Made by a program: the position numbers and the translations under genes. Below the pieces are notes generated by a model. The model worked only from the letters and a program-made list of their open reading frames with translations, was not told the origin of the DNA and did not search any database. From an uncultured Gemmatimonadales bacterium (GTDB taxonomy: Bacteria; Gemmatimonadota; Gemmatimonadetes; Gemmatimonadales; GWC2-71-9), in assembly GCA_963730185.1 (NCBI GenBank), contig CAVSQW010000002.1:64001-128000 (forward strand): a DNA stretch of 64,000 bases, in the 5' to 3' direction. This document shows, in pieces, positions 27,951-36,202 of the stretch (its first letter is position 1; each line of letters opens with the position of its first letter).

Positions 27951-29566
27951 TGGCGATCAAGGGCAGCCTCAAGGAGGCCAGCCTCCCCGACGTGATCCAG
28001 CTGCTCTTCTTCGGGCGGCGGACGGGGTGTCTGGCGCTGGCCGATCGGCAGCGCTTCGGCTCGATCTTCTTCGAGGACGGCTGGATCGCCTACGCGACGA
28101 TCGTGAACCGGCGCGATCGGCTGGGCGACATCCTGCTCCGGGCCGGGACCATCAGCCGGGAGCAGCTCGACCAGGCCCTCGCCATGCAACAGGTCTCGCG
28201 GGGCCGGCGTTTGGGCGAGATCCTGGTCAGCCTGGGCGCCCTGGCGCCGGAAGAGCTCCGCCGGCTGCTCCGCTTTCAGATCGAGGAAGCGGTCTACGCG
28301 CTCTTCTCCTGGTCGACCGGCACCTTCACCTTCGATGCCGGCGTGCGCCCCGAATGGGAGGGCGATCTCGACCGGATCAACCCCGAAAACCTGTTGCTCG
28401 AGGGTGCCCGCCGGGTGGACGAGTGGAGCCTGATCGAGAAGAAGATTCCGTCGTTCGACGCCGTCTTCTCCGTCGACCGGGGCGCGCTGGCCAACCCCGC
28501 GCTCAGCTTCACCGAGGCGCAGCGCCGGATCCTGCCGCTGCTCGACGGCGAGCGCGACACCCGCGAGGTCATCGACGCCTCCGGCCTCTCCGATTTCGAG
28601 GCCGCGCAGGCGCTGTTCGGGCTGATCACCGCGGGGCTGGCCCAGCGGACCGGAACCTCGTCCAAGGCGGCGCCGTCGCGGCTGCTCGAGGCCCAGCTCG
28701 ACGAGCACCGAAACCTGGGCGTGGCGTTCCTCCGAAGCGACATGCTCGACGAGGCCTCCCGCGAGTTCCGCCGGGTCATGGAGCTGCGGCCGTCCGAAGG
28801 AACCTCGCCATTCTATCTGGGCGTCATCGCCGCCCGCCAGGACAACTGGCCCGACGCCGTCACCCTCTTCCGGCAGGCGCTCGACCGGAGCGGCCCCCGC
28901 GGCGCGATCCTTCACAACCTGGCCGTGGCCCTCGAGGCGATCGGCCGGACCGACCAGGCCGACGCCATCGGCGCCGAGGCCGCGAGCCGGCTGCCGGACG
29001 ACCCCAGGATCTTCCTCGACTGGGGGATCCTGGCTCTCGAGCGCGACGAGCCCCAGGTGGCCTGGGCCCGGCTGGATCGCGCCCGCGAGCTCTTCGGAGT
29101 GGCGGCCCCGCCGATCTGGTTCTGGGCTGCCGCGCTGACCCAGGTGGCCCTCGACCAGATCGAATCCGCCGTGAGCCTGGCGCGCGAAGGCGTCACGGCC
29201 TTTCCTCAGCACAGCGTGCTCCGGAACAACTACGCCGTCCTGCTCGAGGCCACCGGTGCCTTTACCGAGGCGCAGGTCCTCCTCGAGGAGATCATCGGCG
29301 ACGAGCCGTCGCAGCCCCAGCCGTTCAAGAACCTGGGCGATCTCTACTACCGGGGCGGCCGCTACGAGGACGCCGCCCGGGTTTACGAGCGGGCGGCCAC
29401 GATCGCCCCCGAGCTGGGCGACGATCTCTTCTTCAAACTCGGGAACCTCGCCTTCCGGGGGCGGGAAGCGTCCCGGGCCCGCGAGTTCTGGGAGCGGGCC
29501 CTGGCGCTCAACCCGGGGCACCAGCTGGCCCGGGCCAACCTCGAGCTCTTGCCGGTGTCCGCATGA
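27950..29566 (+). CDS. DUF4388 (PatA-N) + MshEN c-di-GMP-binding motif + TPR protein
   Basis: MAIKGSLKEASLPDVIQLL; RLGDILLRAGTISREQLDQALAMQ-x6-RLGEILVSLGALAPEELRRLLRFQ; C-terminal TPRs. Confidence 0.87.
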   Translation: MAIKGSLKEASLPDVIQLLFFGRRTGCLALADRQRFGSIFFEDGWIAYATIVNRRDRLGDILLRAGTISREQLDQALAMQQVSRGRRLGEILVSLGALAPEELRRLLRFQIEEAVYALFSWSTGTFTFDAGVRPEWEGDLDRINPENLLLEGARRVDEWSLIEKKIPSFDAVFSVDRGALANPALSFTEAQRRILPLLDGERDTREVIDASGLSDFEAAQALFGLITAGLAQRTGTSSKAAPSRLLEAQLDEHRNLGVAFLRSDMLDEASREFRRVMELRPSEGTSPFYLGVIAARQDNWPDAVTLFRQALDRSGPRGAILHNLAVALEAIGRTDQADAIGAEAASRLPDDPRIFLDWGILALERDEPQVAWARLDRARELFGVAAPPIWFWAAALTQVALDQIESAVSLAREGVTAFPQHSVLRNNYAVLLEATGAFTEAQVLLEEIIGDEPSQPQPFKNLGDLYYRGGRYEDAARVYERAATIAPELGDDLFFKLGNLAFRGREASRAREFWERALALNPGHQLARANLELLPVSA

Positions 29567-30366
29567 GCCTCGTCGACCATCCCGCCTTCGGTCGGGTGAC
29601 CGAGCACCTCGAGCGGCTGGGCGCCGGGGCGTTCGTGCTGTACAAGACGCCCTGCCTGGAGCGGCGGCTCGCCTCCCGGATCCGGGCCCGCCGCCAGCAC
29701 GGCCTGGCCGAGTACGCCGCCCTGCTCGACAGCGATGCCGGTGAGCGCGACCGGCTGGTGAGGGCGCTCTCGATCGGCGTCACCAGCTTCTTCCGGAATC
29801 CGACGGCGTGGCGCCGGCTCGCCGAGCTGCTCGAGGAGCGGAAGCCGGCGGGCGGGCTCCGAGGCTGGAGCGCCGGCTGCGCGAGCGGCGAGGAGGCCTG
29901 GTCGCTGGCCATGGTCCTCTCCGATCGGGCCCTCACCGGGTCAGGCGACCCGACCGCCTTCCGGGTCGACGCCACCGATCTCGACCTGGCCGGGCTGGCC
30001 CTCGGTCGGATGGGCGAGTATCCCGGGCAGGTAACCGCGCCCCTTCGGCTGGCCGGCGACCTTCGCCACGGTCGGCTGGTGGGTGACCGGTTCCTGGTGG
30101 AGCCGGCGCTCCGGGGGCGAGTCCACTTCCGCCGAGACGATCTCACCGAGTCGCGGGTGCGCGGGCCGTACGACGTGGTCACCTGCCGGAACGTGCTCAT
30201 CTACTTTGGCGACGAGGGGCAGTCGCGGGCCTTGGCCGCGCTGGTTCGCTCCCTCGCGCCGGGCGGCCTCCTGATGCTCGGCCGGGCCGAGCTCGCCGCC
30301 CGATCGGTTGCCGAGGAGCTGGAGATCGTCGACTCGCGGGAACGGATCTACCGGAGGGTCGAATGA
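29563..30366 (+). CDS. cheR: CheR-type protein-glutamate methyltransferase
   Basis: GVTSFFRN, WSAGCASGEEAWSLAM, ATDLD, CRNVLIYF. Confidence 0.93.
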   Translation: MSLVDHPAFGRVTEHLERLGAGAFVLYKTPCLERRLASRIRARRQHGLAEYAALLDSDAGERDRLVRALSIGVTSFFRNPTAWRRLAELLEERKPAGGLRGWSAGCASGEEAWSLAMVLSDRALTGSGDPTAFRVDATDLDLAGLALGRMGEYPGQVTAPLRLAGDLRHGRLVGDRFLVEPALRGRVHFRRDDLTESRVRGPYDVVTCRNVLIYFGDEGQSRALAALVRSLAPGGLLMLGRAELAARSVAEELEIVDSRERIYRRVE

Positions 30367-30851
30367 CGGGGCTCCGGGTCGTCGTCCGGGTGAGCGGCCT
30401 GATCGTGGCCGAGGCGCCGGCGACGCTCGTGGCGCTCGCCCTCGGGAGCTGCGTCGCGATCGCCCTCTACGATCCCCAGGCCAAGATCGGCGGCATGGCC
30501 CACGTGCTCCTGCCCTCGGCGGCGATGGGACGGGACCAGGGACAACCTGGCCGCTTCGCCCAGACCGCGGTGCCCACCCTCCTGGAACGGCTGATTGCCC
30601 GGGGTGCGCGGGCGCCGGCCATCACCGCCCGGCTGGTCGGCGGGGCCAGCATGTTCACCTCGCTGGCCCCTCCGGGCACCATCCAAATGGGCGACCGGAA
30701 CGTGGTGGCGGCCCGCGAGGCGCTCCACCGCAACGGCATCCGCCTGGTCGGTGAAGCGGTCGGCGGCGACTTCGGCCGGACGGCCGAGTTCGACGTGGAG
30801 ACCGGCCGGATCCGGGTCGCCTCGTACCTCCGCGGCGAGCAGCTGCTGTGA
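30363..30851 (+). CDS. cheD: CheD chemoreceptor glutamine deamidase
   Basis: LGSCVAIALYD, GGMAHVLLP, GGASMF, MGDRN, VGG..GR. Confidence 0.93.
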   Translation: MTGLRVVVRVSGLIVAEAPATLVALALGSCVAIALYDPQAKIGGMAHVLLPSAAMGRDQGQPGRFAQTAVPTLLERLIARGARAPAITARLVGGASMFTSLAPPGTIQMGDRNVVAAREALHRNGIRLVGEAVGGDFGRTAEFDVETGRIRVASYLRGEQLL

Positions 30852-31726
30852 CCGACGTCCGACGGACGGCCTGGCTGGCCGCGCTGGTCGAGGAGCTCGA
30901 CGCGATCGACCGCGAGCTCGAGGCTGGCGCCGCCGATCGGGCTCGTCTCAAGACCCGGATCGTCGCCACCTTCCGCCAAGTGGAGGGGAGCCTGTCGGAG
31001 CTCGGCGGCCTCAAGGACCGGATCAAAGGGCAGGTGGACCGCTTCAAGCAGCTCGCCACCAGCGGCCCCGGCCACCCCGACCCGGCCGAGGCGGGGCCGA
31101 TGCCGGTGCGGGCCGACCACCTCGGCGCCTCGACCTTCATCGAGAAGGGCTGGAGCCTGATCTCGGCGGGCGACCCCGCTGGTGCGATCGACGCGCTCCA
31201 CCGAGCGCTCGAGCTCGCCCCCGACGACGTCCACGCGAAGGCCCTCGTTGGATGGGCCCAGATGCTCGGGGAGCACTATGACGACGCCCTGGTGACCTTC
31301 TCCGAGGTGCTGGCCCGCGAGCCCGCCCACGCGCTGGCCCGGGTGAACGTGGGCTTCATCTGCCTCAAGAAGCGAATCTTCGGCGAGGCGATCGAGCACC
31401 TCTCCCGGGTCATCCGGCTCGACAACGACCGGAAGGCCACGCTGTACGCCCACTACTATCTGGGACTCGTCTACCTCGAGCGGGCGATGTACCTCGACGC
31501 CGAGACCTTTCTCACCAAGGCCATCGCGCTGGGGCCGAATCTGATCGAGGCGTACTACGACTTGGGGCGGGCCCGCTGGTTCGCGGGCGATCAGGAAGGG
31601 GCCCGCGCCACCTGGCGCAAAGGGGCCAAGGCCAACAAATATGCTCCGTGGGCCAAGCGTTGCCAGGAACTCCTCGAAGCCGTCGAGCGCGGCGAGTCGG
31701 TGCCGCCCTCCTCGCCGGCGGCCTGA
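30848..31726 (+). CDS. Coiled-coil + TPR protein
   Basis: Heptad-rich N-terminus; ARVNVG, AHYYLGLVY, AYYDLG TPRs. Confidence 0.85.
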   Translation: MTDVRRTAWLAALVEELDAIDRELEAGAADRARLKTRIVATFRQVEGSLSELGGLKDRIKGQVDRFKQLATSGPGHPDPAEAGPMPVRADHLGASTFIEKGWSLISAGDPAGAIDALHRALELAPDDVHAKALVGWAQMLGEHYDDALVTFSEVLAREPAHALARVNVGFICLKKRIFGEAIEHLSRVIRLDNDRKATLYAHYYLGLVYLERAMYLDAETFLTKAIALGPNLIEAYYDLGRARWFAGDQEGARATWRKGAKANKYAPWAKRCQELLEAVERGESVPPSSPAA

Positions 31727-32634
31727 TCGTCGCCGGGCCCGTCCGGGCCCAGGCGCAGCGTGAGATCGTCCGGGTAGGGCAGGCGACCGCGCTGGCGGCT
31801 CCGTCCGATCTCGATCTGGCGGTGGCCCTGGCCGAGCGAGCCGACCAGCCGGCCGAGTATTACGGCCTGGGACGGCGGTCGATCGGCCCCGTCGCGATCG
31901 CCGTGGTGCGGGGCCGGGGCGGGTTCGACTCGGTCTCGCGGGGCCGGATCCCGTCGTGGGGCGCGGGGCTCGCCCTGCCGGCCGCCCGCTTCATCGCGAT
32001 CCGGGCCGATGCCGGCGATCCGTTCGACATCCTCCGGCACGAGCTGGCCCATCTGGCCCTCCGGCAGGCGGTCAAGGGTCGCGTCCCGCTCTGGTTCGAC
32101 GAGGGGTACGCGGCCGTGTCCGCGGGCGAGTTCGGGCGGCTCGAGTCGTTGGAGCTCAACCTCAGCCTGGCGCTGGGGCGGGTGCCGTCGCTGGATGCGC
32201 TGGATGCCGGGTTACGAGGCGCGGAGGCCACCGCCACCACCGCCTATGCCCTGGCGGCTACGGCGGTGCTGGATCTGGCCCGGCGCAATCCCACTGGGAC
32301 CCTCACCCCCCTCCTTGCCCGGCTAGGCGCGGCGGTGCCGTTCGACTCGGCGGTCGTGCTCACGACCGGGCTCCGGATCGAAGGATTCGAGGAGGCCTGG
32401 CAGAAGGACGTCAAACGGCGCTACAGTCTTGGCCTCTGGCTCCTGGGTGGGGGGCTCTGGGCGGTGGCGGGTCTCCTGGTGGTGATCGCCGCGCGGATGC
32501 GGCGGCGGCGGGAGGCGCCCCGCCGGGCGGCGCTGGACGCCGGCTGGGTCGTTCCGCCGGGAGAGGACGAGCCGGCTGCGCAGCTTGAAACGCCAGTGGC
32601 ACGGCCGCTTGACCGTGACCGGCCACCGTCATAG
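31648..32634 (+). CDS. Membrane-anchored peptidase MA-like (gluzincin) protein; start uncertain
   Basis: Signal-like N-terminus, HELAH...PLWFDEG, C-terminal TM followed by RRRR. Confidence 0.7.
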   Translation: MGQALPGTPRSRRARRVGAALLAGGLIVAGPVRAQAQREIVRVGQATALAAPSDLDLAVALAERADQPAEYYGLGRRSIGPVAIAVVRGRGGFDSVSRGRIPSWGAGLALPAARFIAIRADAGDPFDILRHELAHLALRQAVKGRVPLWFDEGYAAVSAGEFGRLESLELNLSLALGRVPSLDALDAGLRGAEATATTAYALAATAVLDLARRNPTGTLTPLLARLGAAVPFDSAVVLTTGLRIEGFEEAWQKDVKRRYSLGLWLLGGGLWAVAGLLVVIAARMRRRREAPRRAALDAGWVVPPGEDEPAAQLETPVARPLDRDRPPS

Positions 32635-32645
32635 ACTTAAAGTCT
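32609..32645 (+). promoter_or_regulatory. Sigma70-like promoter with overlapping palindrome
   Basis: TTGACC-17 nt-TAGACT; AGACTT-A-AAGTCT at 32633-32645; ATG at 32647. Confidence 0.55.
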
Positions 32646-32646
32646 T

Positions 32647-32838
32647 ATGGCGCAAACGGATGCGCAGTCCAAGCCGCGGCGCGGGCTTTTCGGTACGCGC
32701 AACCTGCTCGCGTTCGGCGCGGCAGGGTTGTGTCTGATCGTGGGATACGTCGTGCTGTCAGCGGGTCAGGCGAGCCTCGCTGCAGTCCTGCTCGTCGTTG
32801 GGTATTGTGTGCTGTTTCCCTTGGCCATCGCTCTGTAG
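32647..32838 (+). CDS. Small two-TM membrane protein (DUF3098-like)
   Basis: FGTRN..TM..GY..L, LA.VLLVVGYCVLFPLAI. Confidence 0.65.
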   Translation: MAQTDAQSKPRRGLFGTRNLLAFGAAGLCLIVGYVVLSAGQASLAAVLLVVGYCVLFPLAIAL

Positions 32839-32933
32839 AGCTGCCCCGGCTGGTCTCGTTCGGGTGTAGGATTCGACGCGGCAACGCGTCTCCCTGTACG
32901 AGCGGCTCCTTCGGGAGGGCCGAGGCGCGCGCG

Positions 32934-33007
32934 GGGCGAATAGCTCAGCGGTTCAGAGCGCCTGCCTTACACGCAGGATGTCGGGGGTTCGAATCCCTCT
33001 TCGCCCA
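32934..33007 (+). tRNA. tRNA-Val(TAC), CCA not encoded
   Basis: GGGCGAA/TTCGCCC acceptor stem, CCTGC-CTTACAC-GCAGG anticodon arm, GGTTCGAATCC T-arm. Confidence 0.96.
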
Positions 33008-33080
33008 TGCACCGACGCCACGGAGGGCGTCGGCTCAGCCGCCTGGATCCGGGCGGACCTCGCTATGGAGGTTGTTCAGA

Positions 33081-34810
33081 ATGCATTCGCGTGTTGCCCC
33101 CCTGCTTTTCGGCTTGATGGCGCTGTCGGTGGTTCCGGCCCAAGCGCAGCTCCGCGCCAGCCGACCGCCTCGCCCGGTCCAAAATCTGCCGCGCCTGATG
33201 GTTGCCAACCCGCACTCGTTCGACGCCAAGGACTCCGCGGCGGCGGTGCGGGTTGGGAGTGGGATGCGTGAGAAGATGGAGGACGTGGCGGACAAGTGGT
33301 ATCAGGTCATCGCCCGAAACCAGATGAACGACGCCCTGGTCCAGTACGGATATCCGCCCGACGCGGTGCTCCCCCCGCTCGTCGCCCGGCAGCTTGCCTC
33401 CCAGCTCCAGGCTCGCGCCTACGTCACCTCGACCCTCCAGCGCGGCGATGCCGGCCGGGTGACGGTCGAGTCGAGGCTCCAGGGGATCAGCGACCAGTCG
33501 GGCTTCATCGTGAAGCTGGCCCAGGAGTCCAATCAGAGCTTCGAGGATCTCGGCAAGAAGATCGCCGAGGACCTGAAGGGTGCCTTCAACGCCCTGCCCG
33601 AAGCCAAGAAGTGCGAAGAGCAGATGGCGGCCGAGCCGAAGAAGGCGACCGAGGCGGCCGAGAAGGCCCTCAAGGAGCAGCCTCACTTCGCGCCCGCCGA
33701 CATCTGCCTGGCCCAGATGGCCATCGCCCAGAAGGCGCCGGCCGATCAGGTCATCGGCTACTTCAAGGACGCGGTCGAGGGAGACCGGCTCAGCCTCGAG
33801 GCCTGGGGCGGCCTGCTGGGCCAGTACCAGCAGCAGAACGACACGGCCCAGGTGGTCAGCGCCTACACCGAGATCCTCCGGGTCGCGCCCACCAACCAGG
33901 ACGTGCGCGAGTCGGCGCTCAAGTACTTCATCGCGGCCGGTAAGCCGGAGTTGGGTGAGCAGATCGCCCGCGAAGGCATTCAGAACGATCCGAACAACCC
34001 CGACCTCTGGGACCTGCTCGCCACCGCGCTGCTCCTCCAGGAGAAGCCGGAGAAGAACGCCCAGGCGCTCGACGCGCTCCAGCGCGTGGTCCAGCTGGAC
34101 TCGACCAAGGCCGACACGTCCTTCTACTACAAGGCGACCTACGTCGCCTCGCGCGAACCGGTCGACACCGCGGCCTACCTCGAATGGTCCAAGCGGGCGA
34201 CCAACAAGTACCCCAGAATTCCATCCTCCTGGGCGAGCTGATCAAGGCTTACGGCATGGCCGGCCCGCTTGACAGCGTCGTCTCGGTCACCAAGCGCCTC
34301 GTCGCGGTGGACACCAGCGACGTGACCCCGGTGGTGCGGGCGGTCCGGGCCCTGCTGGCCGCCAAGCGGTACCGGGACGCGATGGACCTCGGCTCGTACA
34401 TCGAGCGCTACGGAAACGACAACGACAAGCGGAACCTCGGCGTCGTGCTGGCCCAGGAAGGCGGCCTCGAGATCCTCCGGACCCAACCGGTGGACTTCCC
34501 GCTCGCGGTGGAGATCGGCAAGAAGGCCGTGTCGTTGGTCCAACCGGGTACCCGGGAGAACCAGCTCGCCAACTACGTGCTCGGCATCGGCCTCATGGGC
34601 GGCATCACCGAGCGCCACCAGGCGGTGGCCGACAACAAGACCTGCGAGTCGGTCGACAGCCTGGAGTCCTGGGTCAACGCCACCAAGGAAGCGCTGACCG
34701 CCGGCGCGCCGATCAACGCCGACTTCGTAAACCAGCGGCTGGCCCAGATCAACGAGGTCTACGACAAGGCTCTGCCGCAGATGCGGAAGGCCTTTTGCAA
34801 GAAGGATTGA
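33081..34810 (+). CDS. Secreted helical/TPR-like protein (single frameshift at ~34212)
   Basis: GGAGG RBS, AQA signal peptide, strong codon bias. Reading continues YPQNSILLGELIK if one C is added to the CCCC run. Confidence 0.75.
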
Positions 34811-34822
34811 GCCCCCTATATT
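34795..34822 (+). promoter_or_regulatory. Putative promoter of tRNA-Asp
   Basis: TTGCAA-16 nt-TATATT. Confidence 0.5.
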
Positions 34823-34840
34823 GCACGGTTCTCAGGTAGA

Positions 34841-34915
34841 GGGGCTGTAGCTCAGCTTGGTTAGAGTGCCGCACTGTCACTGCGGAGGTCGCGGGTTCGA
34901 GCCCCGTCAGCCCCG
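34841..34915 (+). tRNA. tRNA-Asp(GTC), CCA not encoded
   Basis: GGGGCTG/CAGCCCC acceptor stem, CCGCA-CTGTCAC-TGCGG anticodon arm, GGTTCGAGCCC T-arm. Confidence 0.96.
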
Positions 34916-34928
34916 TCCCGTTCCCTCG

Positions 34929-34968
34929 ATCACCCCGCCTCGGCGTCCGAGCGCGGGGTGATTCGTTT
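34929..34968 (+). terminator. Intrinsic terminator-like hairpin after tRNA-Asp
   Basis: ATCACCCCGC...GCGGGGTGAT followed by TCGTTT. Confidence 0.65.
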
Positions 34969-34989
34969 CCCGGACTGGACCGGCTCGTC

Positions 34990-35913
34990 ATGACCTATCA
35001 TCTCCCCGTCCTGGCCGATGCCGTCGAGAGCGTGGCCTCCGCCGCCAAACGGGTCGTCGACGGCACCCTGGGTGACGGGGGCCACGCGCAGCGGTTCCTG
35101 GCTCGAGGGGCGGAGGTGCTGGGGGTCGACCGGGATCCCGAAGCCCTGGCCCGGGCCCGAGCCCGCCTCGGGAGCGACCGGATCCGCTACCGGCAGGGGA
35201 GTGCCTACGATGCGGAGGTCGGGGCTGAGATCGTCGCGTTTCGCCCTGACCTGATCCTGCTCGACCTCGGGGTGTCGTCCCGGCAGCTGGACGACGAGGG
35301 GCTCGGCTTCACCTTCCGGCCCGGTGCCTTGCTCGACATGCGGATGAGTCGGGACGGCCCCACGGCGGCGGACCTCCTCAACGAGGCGCCCGAGGCCGAC
35401 CTGGCCGCTTGGTTCAAGGACTTCGGGGACGAGCCCCGGGCGCGGCGTCTGGCCCGGATCGTGGCCCGCCGACGGACGAGCCAGCCGTTCGCGACCAGCG
35501 ACGATCTGGTCAACGCGATCCGGGAGGCGTTGGGCCCCCGGGCCGGCCCGGGCGAGTTCGCCCGCCTCTTCCAGGCGGTCCGGATCGCGGTGAACGACGA
35601 GCTCACCGGCCTCGCCGACGCGCTGCCCCGGCTCCGCGACGCCTTGGCCGATCGGGGAACCCTTGCGGTCATCAGTTATCATTCGGGGGAAGATCGGATC
35701 GTCAAACACGCCTTTCGTGACTGGAGCCGCGCCTGCGTCTGTCCGCCGGAATTTCCCGTCTGCCGCTGCCGGGGCCGGCCGTTAGGCCGGACCCTGACCC
35801 GGCGGGCGCTGACGGCGTCCGACTCAGAGGTGGCCGCCAACCCCCGGGCCCGGAGCGCCCGGCTCCGGGCCTTCGAGGTGGCCGGCGATGGCGGTGAGAG
35901 CGCCGAGCCCTAA
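34990..35913 (+). CDS. rsmH: 16S rRNA m4C1402 methyltransferase
   Basis: HLPVL, DGTLGDGGH, DLGVSSRQLD, LDMRM, ISYHSGEDRIVK, NPRARSARLR. Confidence 0.97.
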   Translation: MTYHLPVLADAVESVASAAKRVVDGTLGDGGHAQRFLARGAEVLGVDRDPEALARARARLGSDRIRYRQGSAYDAEVGAEIVAFRPDLILLDLGVSSRQLDDEGLGFTFRPGALLDMRMSRDGPTAADLLNEAPEADLAAWFKDFGDEPRARRLARIVARRRTSQPFATSDDLVNAIREALGPRAGPGEFARLFQAVRIAVNDELTGLADALPRLRDALADRGTLAVISYHSGEDRIVKHAFRDWSRACVCPPEFPVCRCRGRPLGRTLTRRALTASDSEVAANPRARSARLRAFEVAGDGGESAEP

Positions 35914-36202
35914 GGGGCGGTACTGGGTGCTGCTCTGGCTGGGCCTGTTCCTGGCCGTCGCGCTGATGGTGGTGGCCCGCCAGAAGGCCAGCCTGGAGAC
36001 CGCCCGACGCCTGGCCAGACTCCGGGAGACTCGGGCGGTGCTCGAGGCCCGCCGGGCCGGGCTGGAGCGGACCATCAAGACCCAGTCGTCGGCCCTGGTG
36101 ATCGAGCCCGAGGTGGCCGGTGACGGCCTGGCCGTCCGGCAGGACACGGCCTACACCTATCTCAAGGTCGAGGGCGGCCCGGCCGCCCGGCCCGATCGCT
36201 GA
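35888..36202 (+). CDS. ftsL: FtsL-like cell division protein
   Basis: Single TM plus coiled coil, located between rsmH and ftsI. Confidence 0.7.
   Translation: MAVRAPSPKGRYWVLLWLGLFLAVALMVVARQKASLETARRLARLRETRAVLEARRAGLERTIKTQSSALVIEPEVAGDGLAVRQDTAYTYLKVEGGPAARPDR

Noticed and set aside
32934..34915. tRNA-anchored genomic island or prophage att site
   Set aside because: No integrase, no duplicated tRNA 3' end seen, and flanking genes have host-like composition
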